A stretch of DNA of 64,000 nt from Lingula anatina (GCA_051362555.1 CM120640.1:5146001-5210000); one strand, 5' to 3'; shown: positions 41,645-53,591, numbered from the stretch's first letter. The notes: generated from the sequence alone by a model not told the origin. Numbers and translations: made by a program.

Positions 41645-41984
41645 CTTTCCTGCTTGGAAAGCACCCAAAACAACTGACATTTCCATCCAGATCTGCATTC
41701 ACAGGTACACGATTGACTTTTTTCTTGCTTTTTTTGTCGCCCTTTTTCTTATGATTGTCACCACGTACTTTGACCACCGTCCCATTGACTTTATCTTGTA
41801 ATTTTGTCCCGTGGGAGCGAGGTGAGTGGTGGCTATCACCATGATGATGAGAATGTGAATGGTGTCCATGAGAATGATGGTCTCCTCCAGTACTGTGAGA
41901 AGACCCATGATGACCCCCATGATGACCCCCATGGCCGTGATGGTGTCCGTCTGCTGGAATACTTGCGAAAGTATGACAATACAT
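41645..41984 (-). CDS. Dystrobrevin alternative first coding exon, His/Gly-rich then Lys-rich (113 aa)
   Basis: ATG 41984 with an in-frame TAA 7 codons upstream; MYCHTFASIPADGHHHGHGGHHGGHHG...KKKGDKKSKKK...SCFGCFPSRK; AAG|GTAGGC donor at 41645, phase 1. Confidence 0.7.
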
Positions 41985-44547
41985 GTCTGCCTTGGGTGTG
42001 GGTTAAACTGTATATGGTCTTGTAAGCAGCAGTTTTCAGAACTCCCCTGTGACTTGATATGAATAATGTTTGTTTGCTGTGTCTTTTCCAGCACGAAGAA
42101 CTAGTGCTTCTTACAAACAAAACACTGAACTAATGAATCAAAATACTGAAATGTTGCCACTGTGTTGTGATAAAATTGCACAGGAGGATAGCCTAGAAGC
42201 TGTCACAGCCAGTTTGTAAGAAGCAGCATCACAGAACCAGACAACCGTAGCATGATGTTCTATCATACAGTTTCATAACATCTTATCCATGGGCTCTTCC
42301 TCACCACCCAGTGTGTAGTGTGCAGAATATAATCAACATTTCTTAGAACCAAGGATCTAGTTTCTAGACTGATAATAAAAGTGGAATTACTTTGTCTCTG
42401 TCTTTAAGTATCAAGTGTGGCAGTTTCAGTAGGAAAGTTCTCTTTGAGGCACTTCAAGTTACAGAAGCATCACTGATTTATAGACTATAGTTTCAAATGT
42501 ACAGTTTTCAATGTGTTGCATTATTTGTAGGCAAGAATGCTTTTCAAATATTTCCTGGAAAAATGCATAGTCTCAGAGAAACACTACAAGGCTGCCATTA
42601 CTTATAGAGATTCACACAAAACCCAAATGATAAATGTATTTCTATAGGTCACCTGTTCATCAAAGGCTTCCCTTCAGTCTTTTAACATCAACAGTGATAA
42701 ATGTGAAAGTACCACAAATTGTGCTTACTGTTAAATTGGCATGACCAGTGAGCTGAACAACTTCACATCACATCCAGATAAATTACATTATACACTTCCA
42801 CGTACACAATGAAAAACTTGATGAAAAAAATTCTGAAGTACTATTTGCTATTGCTTCTTAATGATCTCTTTCAAGGAATATCGAGCCCAGTATTGATGAC
42901 AAAATTGTTTCCTGAGTATCCTAGACACAACTACATTAATCCAGGGGTCCTAATTCTTCCTGCAACATTGCTTTGTGAAGAGAATCCAATTACTTGTCAT
43001 ATGCTGTCATCCATTCATAATTGACATGCTCATCAAAATGAACTTGACTCCAAAAAAAGAAAACAATGAAATAATGCCAATCGTCATGTTTCTGGTTTCC
43101 ACAGTAACAGCATATCGTTAACCCTAGCAGGTCTCATAAAACATTCAACGAACATACTCAGCAGATCATATTTTTGTTTTAAAAAAAAGCCACTTGCTAT
43201 GTCTCATAATTTCCTCAGTGGACTGGAATACATCTGTAAGCACTTTCCACACACACATGGGATATCAAGTTTTTTCCAAATATAATAACCCAGGCTACCG
43301 AGTTTTCATCAAGGAGCTGAAGTGGCTCAGCTACAAGGTAGAGCATTTCACTGGAAACTTAACAGCTATCAAATCAGATCCATACTAAAACTGGTGAATT
43401 ATTCATTTGTTGAAATGTGAGCATACTTCTTATCTTATTGATATTCCTACCAATCTATTGTATAAACTTGCCTTAGCATGTAGTCAACTGATGCCAATCA
43501 ATAGGCAAAGAATGCTGAAAACAATGCTGCCTTATGCTTGGCGAACAAAGCATCAAACATTATGCAGGCTTTTTAATGAACATGACAGAAAAACCACTGC
43601 TGTACATTCTCAAACTGTGTATTAACAACTGACCTATGCTGAAATATATTTATCAAATATTCTACAAAATGTCAGTACAATGTGTTATTACTCTATATAG
43701 TGACTTTAATCACAATATCTTATTGATACTACATACATAAACTATTACACCACATTTGACTCATCAGCGTTTCCCTAATATAAAATTTTTTCGACTCAGT
43801 CTAGAAACTAAAGATCACATCTAACACACTGTCACATTTCTTCTTCACAAAAGCACAACATATTCCTATCAGTAGGAAGATCCACACACAACTTAGTCTA
43901 TTATCATCAATTAACTTGTATTCAAAGCACAGACACAACATAATAGCAGGATGTGTAGAAATCAATGCCCTGGTTTGCCCTAGCTACAACCTATTAGACA
44001 TAGCTGCTATGAAAAGGGAAAACACATTTGGTTCAATAATCCTCACAAATACTACTGGTCCATTTAACAAATGCTAAAATGTTTTTTCATTCCGGTGTAA
44101 TGATAAGTGTAAAAATATACCACGTTTATGAAGATAACAGCAACAGGGTATAATTAATCTCACAAAGTAAATGCAAGGTTTCAATGGGCTGGTGTTTGTG
44201 TGCATGATTGTTTGTGCGTTTGTTTTAAATTGACTATTTGCCAGCAGAAAAGACGTAGTTCCGGGAAATAATTTTATCTAGCTCTTGCCGATGGTAACCC
44301 ATAGTCATCTATACTCTATGAGACAATACTGATCAATCTCAGGGCGCAGGTGCAGCACGATACATATCCATATGGACCAATCCAATTTCTTTTATCTTCA
44401 AGCCTCCGTTAGGCGTAACGTTTGCTATTGGTGCATTGAAACTTTGAAGTAAGGGGAAGCCATATTTCCATCGATCAACTACCAGGCGCTATAAGACCCC
44501 ATTAATTAATCAATACTCGGTGCACCTCATTGTGCATTGCCGCTTAC

Positions 44548-44572
44548 CTGAAGAATCTTCAAAGTCGGTCAT
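44548..44572 (-). CDS. Dystrobrevin most distal first coding exon (MTDFEDSS-G)
   Basis: ATG at 44572 to a CAG|GTAAGC donor at 44548/44547, phase 1, in frame with the 29814 acceptor (G+GT CAC CTG); lies in a locally CpG-richer region. Confidence 0.7.
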
Positions 44573-46121
44573 TCCTGATTCAGAAAACAAACATAAGGAC
44601 CAATGAAAATGGGAAAATACTGAATGATAATGTTTGGAATGTTGAAGTTTCACCCGCGTGTTTACATAGCTCTTTGGTATTTGGAGGTAAGAAGCAATTT
44701 AGTAATTGCCTTTCGGTTGAGACGGTGATTGTGCTTTACAACTAGAGCAAGGCTGCTAGTGTGTATTGGTCCCTACAAGCACAATTCGCAAGAATGGTCT
44801 TTTAAGGATAAGCACACCTCCTCACATAACATTGTACAACACGATTTTAAGTTCTGAAGCAAAGATGTTTTAAAGCTCTAATTGAGCACAGTGATTCCTG
44901 TTAAGTGGACATTGATGATATTTTTTCACATTTAAGTATTCGTCACATCCAAATTTAAATGACAAAAATAAATAAAAATCCCAAAAGTCAAACTTTATTC
45001 AGAAACAGTTTTAGGTAGAACATGCAATTTCTTACTATATATATTGACATGTAATTGCATTATAAGCAAAATATTAACCTTAATAAAAAACACTAAAATA
45101 TTACAAAGTACAAAAAGTAAGTAATGAATTATTTTATCACATACTATTTTGGTAGAAGCTTTGATATAAATCATCACATTAAAATAATCTAAAAACACCA
45201 GTATAAAAAAAATTGTTGCACATATATGAACATTTACATTTTCATCTAATTTGCACAATCTGTCGTACAATTCATCAATTCTACTAAAATTCATCTTCAT
45301 TCTAACAATTAATAACAGATACAGCAATGCTTTTACATATAACCACAAATGTATTGGCCATACATTTTAGATAACTGAATTTTTTCAGTGGTACTCCTTA
45401 AAAGCCATCATAACTGGAAGCTCAGAGGAATGGAACTGCATCCTGAGCATGTACCTTGACAGTGGTAACCTACAGCCTAAACCCTATCTTTTCAATTTGT
45501 TCATTTATCTATACACTCTTTTATTAGGGTTTTCAATAAATTTGTATACTGGCATCCAATTTAAAAATGTAACGGTGTAAATAGATTTTTTAAAATTTTC
45601 TATTGGTTGTCAACTGTACCTGAGATTAATTGCCATGCTGTCCAGGTTTAGGCAAGGCCAAAAACATATCACAGATATCTTAAATAATTTCTCAGTTACA
45701 TGCATACAAAATACAATGACATTTGCAAGACTAGGTGTTGAAGCTCAAGGGTGACCTTCAAATAATACCCATAAAATTTAAGCTTACATGAGTTTATAGT
45801 TTCTGTGTACAATATCAGTGTGGTTGACACCAAAGCACCTTGACACTGTTCCTGCAAAAGCAGATGTGAAGTAAACAATTTTCAATTCACAGCACTGAAA
45901 CATTTCAGTGCCAAAATACATTTACCCAATACTGTGTGATATCATAGAGAAAAAACACATTACTAAATAATTATAAATTCCACTTGATACAAACCATAAG
46001 TTCATCCTTACTTTCCGTGCCTGAAACATAATTCAGTTTAGACCTACAAGTATGCCATGTTTGTCCCAGTATCATTTGAAATAGATTGCAGTGATGACAA
46101 ACATTGTATTTGGACCTGTAT

Positions 46122-46377
46122 ACCGACCGGATGGCCTTGTGGTTAGAGTGTCCGACTCCTAAGCGGGAGGACGTGGGTTCAAACCCGTCCGGGGACATAC
46201 CAGTCCTTTATAATCAGTACCTGCCGTCTCCCCGCTTGGTACTCAGCACTAAGGGGTTGAAGCATTGGTGAAATGATACATTGGTTAGCTCAGAGCGCCT
46301 AATATGGCTGCCAGGCTGTATCCTCCCCAGGGAGGTGAGAGCGACTATAGAGTGCAACAGGGCCAAAAAAAGACCAG
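46122..46377 (+). mobile_element. tRNA-derived SINE (core resembles Meta/MESC-type SINEs, from recall)
   Basis: Pol III A box TGGCCTTGTGG and B box GGTTCAAACCC in a tRNA-like head, followed by a non-tRNA body with CGCTTGGTACTCAGCACTAAGG and GGCTGTATCCTCCCCAGGGAGG. Confidence 0.75.
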
Positions 46378-46432
46378 CTTTATCAGATTTAAAATAAATT
46401 TCATTAAAAAAATTAATAAATATAAAGTATAT

Positions 46433-46652
46433 GGCTTCATTCACATGCAATGTCTATTTTCTAAATTCTATTTTCTATTCGCGGTATGTCTTATGATCAC
46501 GGTCTGTGCCCTGAATATCCCGCGGCGTAATTACTGAAACATTTCAGTGCCAAATATCCCGCGGCGTAATTACGTAGGCGGGATATTCAGGGCACAGACC
46601 GTGATCATAAGATAGCGCGAGTAGAAAATAGACATTCCATGTGAATGAAGCC
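46433..46652. mobile_element. Palindromic MITE in a TA-rich site
   Basis: Arms GGCTTCATTCACATG..TCTTATGATCACGGTCTGTGCCCTGAATATCCCGC and the reverse complement GCGGGATATTCAGGGCACAGACCGTGATCATAAGA..CATGTGAATGAAGCC. Confidence 0.8.
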
Positions 46653-46670
46653 TATATATATATATATGTA

Positions 46671-46722
46671 TAACTTCAACCTTCGGGTTGCAATATCTCA
46701 ATAAAGATTATTATTATTATTA
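46671..46722 (+). mobile_element. Retroposon-like 3' tail (stem-loop, AATAAA, (ATT)n)
   Basis: CAACC-TTCG-GGTTG hairpin followed by AATAAAGATTATTATTATTATTA. Confidence 0.45.
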
Positions 46723-46748
46723 CATGACTCCTGTCTGGCACCTAATTC

Positions 46749-49700
46749 TTAAACATGTAGAACTCTTTGGTCTTTCTCAAAGTCCACAGTATCACAGCCT
46801 GCCTCTATCAGTAAGTCATTGATTGCCACTTGGTCTGCCGAGTTACCATCAAGGTGTGAAAAGTGTACAGTTGAACCTTAAAATAAAAAGAAAGACACAA
46901 AGCTAAATACAAATTTACATCTGAATATAAAAGTGACATAAACTGTCATTGAAGAGAAATGATAACTGACAACAGAAAATGACAAAATTCTCTTGCATTT
47001 CAAAATGAAGATACAAACAAACATAAACATAAATGTGCATAATACACATACACAAGATTTAAACCTATCATATGAAGAGCATAGCAGAGTTTTATATCTC
47101 ACTGAAAAATAAATTTACTTTAATTCTCAACACCATTCTAAAACAGTGCAAGCTTCAAACATTTCCTGGGACATTTTTGAAAAGTTGCAGATATTATCAA
47201 ACCACTTACCTGGCCCAAGAATGAATGTGGCTCCCATCTGACTGGGATCCCCCTGCCATTCATTGGGAAATTGCATAGCACGCCATGTGCTCTTTAGTAT
47301 TCCACTTATAGCATTGGACTTGATATGTTTGTTTACCACTAGAATGCAGCAAATGACACAATGGTACAAATATATTATATGTACACTGTTTTCAGTATGT
47401 TTCCATCAACAATTTACCAGAAAGATTGCCAAGACCTTGGAAAACTAATCTTTATTTTACCAGTACAAAAATAGGACAAAACTACCAAGAGGAGATGGCA
47501 TATTATTGTTTATATCATTTTTCAACTAAAATATTGAAAAAAATCTCTTCAGTGGAATCCTACCCTTTCTGGTATGATTGGCTTCGCACTTGCATTTGAG
47601 ACACTTGTAAATGTTCCTATCTGGATCACAATACATGTCATACTGGTAACCTGTTTCTTGTTTGAAATGCTACAAAGCAATAAAGGCATTAAAATGTAAT
47701 TGATAATATTTACTTTTAGAGCTCCTCACTCTTACCAGTATTTTTTTTTCAAGATATAGCATTTTAAGTCACTCACAAAAATATATTTACTTTTTGCTAT
47801 CAATCAAATTCACTTTTCAAAAGATCTAGTCAACATTTTCATGTTCTACTAGCTAAAATTGTTTTGAATAATGTTATTCATTTGCTTGAATTTAATAAGT
47901 AATTCCCACATTGGACTAAACAGGAAGATGTGAAAATCCACAAATTTATCAAAGGTATGCACAGCATGTCTTACAATATGTTCTTATCTTAAAAAGTTCT
48001 GTTCAATGTAAAATTTGTAAAGAAGTCTTTCCTGTGCTGCATATGTAATCATAATTTCTACAAAAAGGTAAACTAAAACCAACTAGCCATAGTATATATG
48101 CATGTGCATAAAGATACAATTTGCCACTCACCTTGATAAATTTCCATGGTGCACATCCTATTACCACAAGTTTGACATTCTTATCCTGTTGAAACAAACA
48201 GCGATTAATTTGCTGGCAAGTGTATTCAGTTTTTTCTTTTTTCTTTTATTAGAAACCCGAGATTAAATTGTTTTCTAATTTTAAAAAATACAGAATTTAG
48301 GTCAAGTCAAAGTAACTTGCAGCTCATGTTGATAGTGATCTCTATGAGGCCATTCAGAACAGATGATCATCAGACTAACTGATCTAATGACTAAACATGG
48401 CCAACTGAACTTCAAAGCAGCACCACTTAATCATCTGATGGTCTCCCCGCCTCCACACGCGCCATTAAACAGATTAAATCTCATTTCCGAGGTTTCATTG
48501 CAAGGTCCCTGCAGCAATGGCACATGTGGAGATGGGGAGACCATCAAAGAATTAGTTGGCACTGCCTTTATGTGAGTCGGCCATATTTAGTCACAAAACC
48601 TGTAAATGTTTGACCGCATTCACGAGTTGAGCCATGGCTCTACAAATCCACGAACTAAATATGGCGGACGTACATGAAAAAAAAAAAAAACGCCTAATCT
48701 TTTAATAGTCTCTCTGCCTCTCACACGCCTCCCAATGCGTCGTCCCTGGCAGGGGTACAGTCATTAAATCTCGGCTCCATTTGCCATGCGAAAGCTACCT
48801 GAGAAATATTAAGTGCGCATGCTCATCAATTAAACTCGAGGTGAAGAAAGCATGGCGGCTGGAGGTGATCGAAGGAAAAAAGCCCTTCACTTCTATTATC
48901 TTTCAAAACAGAGACGAAAAAGGAATGAATTGCCCCGTAGAGCAGCAATGAATCGGCTCTCTACAGAGATAATGTCACCAGAGATATTCACAGAGATATT
49001 CACTGAGATACCCAGCCCCGCATGGCGAACGGAGCCGAGATTTAATGACTGTACCCCCGCAGGGACGACGCGTGGGGAGGCGTGTGAGAGGCGGAGAGAC
49101 TATTAAAAGATTAGGCGGTTTTTCTTTCATGTACGTCCGCCATATTTAGTTCGTGGATTTGTAGAGGCCAAGTCTGCGGATCAACCTGTTCTGAATAGGC
49201 TCTATGAAGCACTAAATATGCACTAAGTTAAACAAACTGGACTGTATTTTTGTCTTCAACCTACCTTTAAAGTATTTAGGGGTATCTTGGCTAAGTCTGA
49301 AAAAAAAACAATAGTAATAAATGTTATAAAGACCTTTTTTTGTGGATTTTCTAAATCATTTAGTATATCACCTGAGATCAGTGAAAGCACACAGTTGGAC
49401 TGCTAAACTATACATCATATAATACAATCAGGTGAATACATAGAGACACTTATCAGAGACTTTTATTAAAAGTTTTAAATTGTATACAAGTAATTCTGTT
49501 GTCTGGTGTTATCAAATGTTGACTTTCTGTCTGGGTTAGTTGCTTGCAATTGCATTTATGAGCTTTCTTGATTAAACTATATAACATATGACTCGTAGAG
49601 AAGGCCTCTTTTCATGAATAAGCTAAGTTGTAAGTATCTCTGGGCTTAATACAGTATTATAATTTTTAAAAAAATCCTACAGGTAATCAAATCAGTTTCA

Positions 49701-50463
49701 GGTAAACAGATAAAATATTTAACTACAAGGGGTGCTTACCTTCCACATATTCTTTGCACATGTAACACAAAAAGTGCTGAAATGGAGAGGTATTTTGTAT
49801 CATTAATTGAAAAAACTCTGGGTGCATAGGATTTCTGGGTTAGCCAAATAAAAAGAGAAATTAATTTCTGTCCTGAACATGACACACTTATAAATTTATA
49901 GTTATAAAATACTGACTGTTGGTCTTATGTAGAATTATAAAGGTCATACTAGGTGGTCTCACATTTTAGATTCATCAAATGATTAAGCTGGCAGCCAAAG
50001 CATTCTATCAATATTAACCTGCATATCTGCTCTTAGTTACCATTCCCATAGGCCATAAACTTACAACAGAGTTTCATAAAATATGAAAAAGACCACCCAG
50101 TATATTTGAAATAAAACAAAAAAATAATATGGTTTTGTTATCATAGAGTGAGCTAGCTGAGGGTGACAACGGATATTGTTGCATAGCGAAGGGGATGGAG
50201 ACCAGTGGCGGTGATGACAGGGATACAGACAATGGAAATAATATACATGGAAAAATTACATAAATAGCATGCACAAACAAAGTATATTAGATAGGCATAA
50301 TTATCAACATAAAACAATACAAAACTATCTCAATTCCATAAAGGTAGAAATATTACCTCCAAAAATAAAGAATTTACAGGGGTTTAAGGCCCTGCATTCA
50401 GGACTAGCTATTGGGTAAGGATTAAGTAAGGTCACTTTATTGCAGTATGATAGTGTACTAGTA

Positions 50464-50509
<46 letters not shown>

Positions 50510-50931
50510 ATAAAACGAACACACATACACATGCGTACATGATATATTTTTTAACTTTTAATAATGAACTTTTGTGGTGACTTTGAGTAATGTCCCCGCT
50601 ACTTATATTAATAGGTAAGCTGATGACAGACTTGTGTCTCATGTAAACTCTGAATGATGAAGCCTAGGATGAAACCCAACTACACTGTATGTAGCAACAC
50701 CCAAACAAACAAATACAAAGCCGAACAAAACGTTTAGCTTACCCGAGCAAATACTACGATGGTTTTCTGGTTTGCATATGTATCTCCAAACCTAATTTTG
50801 TCTCCCATTTGGTCAAAAACATGCAAATTTTCAACTTCTTCAAATGATAACTCAATTTCTGGGTTTTCACTTCGAGATATTTTCAAATTCGGGACAGACT
50901 TAAGATCTGTCGGTTCTGTCTCTGTGGCCAT
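46749..50931 (-). CDS. PRXL2C: Peroxiredoxin-like 2C / AhpC-TSA antioxidant enzyme domain protein (AAED1), 224 aa; exons 50743-50931, 49740-49776, 49265-49296, 48132-48185, 47564-47669, 47210-47338, 46749-46876
   Basis: Translation: ..VFDQMGDKIRFGDTYANQKTIVVFARHFLCYMCKEYVEDLAKIP..NVKLVVIGCAPWKFIKHFKQETGYQYDMYCDPDRNIYK..QGDPSQMGATFILGPGSTVHFSHLD..DQVAINDLL..RVLHV*. RHFLCxxC and GDPxQxGxxFILGPG are AAED1-type motifs; 675 nt CDS, all phases match. Confidence 0.92.
48346..49202. mobile_element. Non-autonomous TIR element (about 860 bp) with a nested ~150-bp inverted repeat, in a PRXL2C intron
   Basis: Outer TIRs GAGGCCATTCAGAACAGATGATC / GATCAACCTGTTCTGAATAGGCTC with TAT flanks; inner arms 48638-48790 and 49019-49166; internal CAGAGATA(TT) tandem units at 48963-49010; CpG-rich. 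Confidence 0.75.
50465..50509. repeat. Poly-C homopolymer (45 nt) in PRXL2C intron 1
   Basis: Read directly from the sequence. Confidence 0.95.
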
Positions 50932-51745
50932 TTTAGGAAGAAAGTCGATAGATGGCGCTATTTATCTTGTCCTCTTTTGTTCCTTCACTGGCCAAGTCCT
51001 CAGGAGCATTAATTGGAAGGTTGAAAGCTTCGTGGTTCCGACAATCATTTACATTTTCATTGAACTAAACTCTAATGGAAGGGCATATCTGAGAAAAGTG
51101 CAATAAACTGTTTGCACTAGCGATTTTTAAAACTGACTCACGAGTTTACGTTTATCGAGCTTTTTAGTGTTAATGTAAACGTTACGAGTTGAGTTCAGTT
51201 ATCTAAAAACTAATTGGTAGCTTTTCCGTTAGCACAATTTTCAATATTATAAAAACATTGTATTGTTGATCTTTGGTTTTGGCCACAACAATTCCCGACT
51301 GCTGGAAGAAGCAAGGAGCTTTTCTCTAACACGTTCCATCTAGCACGTGTTTCCATGTTGTATAACTAATCAATTGATCTCAACCAACGATGCGTGCACA
51401 TTTTCTTTTCACATCTTTCTTGGAAAGAACATTTGACTGAAGGTAAGTTTGGACAGAAAACGACAAATTTTGATAATTACCAACGTGAAAGTATATATAT
51501 AGACCTTATAAGTTTATGCATGAAATCCCTCTATTGGCGCACGCCGTTAGGCTAAGATCACTGCACACTCGGTGCAGTATCCCTTCACTGTACGAATGTG
51601 TAAATCGGGTAAATTATGAATGGCAGTATTGCGCTCGTAACACGTGGATTGGTGCAATTTTGAACATGTGTCACAGAATAATGTAACTGAGATTGTTCCA
51701 CTGCCATCCGTGGTACAGTGTATCTCTGAGATGTACACGTGAGTG
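50932..51745. promoter_or_regulatory. Candidate bidirectional promoter for PRXL2C and OvoA, including a non-coding OvoA first exon ending at 51442
   Basis: CpG-enriched relative to flanks; + strand donor AAG|GTAAGT at 51442/51443; AP-1 TGACTCA 51134-51140; MRE TGCRCNC at 51392-51398 (-), 51562-51568 and 51630-51636; CACGTG at 51344, 51641 and 51736. Confidence 0.6.
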
Positions 51746-53480
51746 GGGGCACTGGGAGGGGGGGGGGGGGCATGCAGGAGCAGCTAGGGCTCTGCTGCTG
51801 CATTGTCTGTTCGGGAATATCCTCGTGACATATTGCAGTGTAAATAAAAATAGATAAACGTACACTCAAAAAGGCATAATACAAAGTTTACATTTAAATA
51901 CTCATCACTGAGAGGGACCGTTAATGTTATTATCAGTGTAACAGCAAAACACTAAGTATAATGACATTGTTTTCATGAATGACAAAGAAAAAAACTGTAT
52001 TTATGAATCATGGGAATGGGGTTCTCTTAAGACCATGCTTAATGATATGAACTTTTCACACATATCAGGAGAATTTAAAATGGCTCTGATGGGAAAGGAA
52101 AATACCCAATGAGACCCTTGTGTACAAAAAGAAGAGTAATTGAATAAAAGACCGCATCAATGAATTATGGATTAATGAGAAATTTTTATAAAAGTTAATT
52201 AAAAATGTAATATATATACTGGTTTGATGAATGTATATATATTTTTTTCTTTGCAAACATCTGCAGGTTTCATGTTTCTGTCATTAAAACTAACAATGGG
52301 TCTATGTACACATGTAGTTCTGGTCTTCATGCAACTCAGAACTAGGATGACTAAGCAGTTTTACATTATCAGCAGTCCAGGCACCTTTATGCGACAGGAA
52401 CGGTAGTCCTTGGAATGGTAGTATGAGGTCCCATATTATTAATACAGATTAAGATGTAGGGGGTCAGTATATGGAATGCCATCACACAACCTTATTTCTT
52501 TTCACATCTAATCCTTTTTTAAAGGTCATGTTCTTACAATGCGTAACCTAGCAATAGAATTTCTTGATATAGATATAATGTTATCATATACATTTCATGG
52601 TTTAGTTTAATTTAGAAAAAAATTATATCAAATTTTGGCAAAAAATAATATAATTAACAAATTTTTCAGGAAATTTTCTAATATTTACCAATGATATGTG
52701 GACCATCAAGCTTTGTCAAGATTCAAAAAGTTGCTAAATAATTGCGTATGTACATGCATACTTCACATTATAAGGATAGGATGATATACATTACTAAAGA
52801 CATATTAATTTTTGAATTCTTGGAATTACATTTCAAATTTGTTCATGTGCTGCATATATATTTAAAAAATTTCCAACATTTTAAAATTTAGGTTAAGGAT
52901 TAAAACACAAAAAACAGAGAAATAAAATGGGGGTTTTGGATGAAAATGTTTTCAGGATTTTTTTTTTTTTTTTTTTTGTGATTCTTATAAGGATCAGCAT
53001 AACTTTAGTGAGTAAACTATAATTGAAATATCCTACCGAGGTGCCTGGGATAGAAACTTTTGGATCTCTTGGTTTGATCTCTAATTACTATAGGCCCTGG
53101 ATATAGCACTGACCTGTAATAAAACCCTCATTGTATACATATGTAGTAGACTTTACTTTAGTTTCAGTTTGCTTACATTATAAATAAACAAACATTTAAA
53201 CCTTATAACTTAGTGGAGAAAATTACTTTTAAGCCCACAAAGCAAGGAGGAAATGACTTATTTTGTAATTGTGAATATCCAGTTAGGTAGAAACAGGATC
53301 TATGTAGGGTTGAAAAAGGATATTATTAAGATGTTTTCTGAGAACAAACGTTTAACTGACTCCATTAAGCTGTGTTAAAGGTTTAATTCACATAATTGTC
53401 AGCTGTAATTGAGAGGGTAAATGCATTTAGTGGCTTTTTCAAAAGTGCTGAGTCATTTTCTAGAGACAAATTCTGCTTGG

Positions 53481-53591
53481 CTCCGCCCACATAATCGGTC
53501 TAGCCAATAAGCATCATCTGGTAGCTGATATATAATTGGAAAGAACTGCTAAGTTTCTCTTTGAACCTTAGTTCATCATTTTATCCTTATG
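53481..53591 (+). promoter_or_regulatory. Candidate proximal TATA promoter and short leader exon of OvoA
   Basis: GC box CTCCGCCC at 53481, CCAAT at 53504, TATATAA at 53529, then an ATG|GTAAGT donor at 53591/53592 upstream of the 53875 acceptor. Confidence 0.5.

Noticed and set aside
46122-46200. tRNA gene
   Set aside because: A and B boxes are present, but there is no clean acceptor stem or oligo-T terminator and it runs into a SINE-like body.
48852-49106. 84-aa ORF inside the TIR element as a transposase
   Set aside because: Too short, no DDE or other recognisable motif, and overlaps the inverted-repeat arm.
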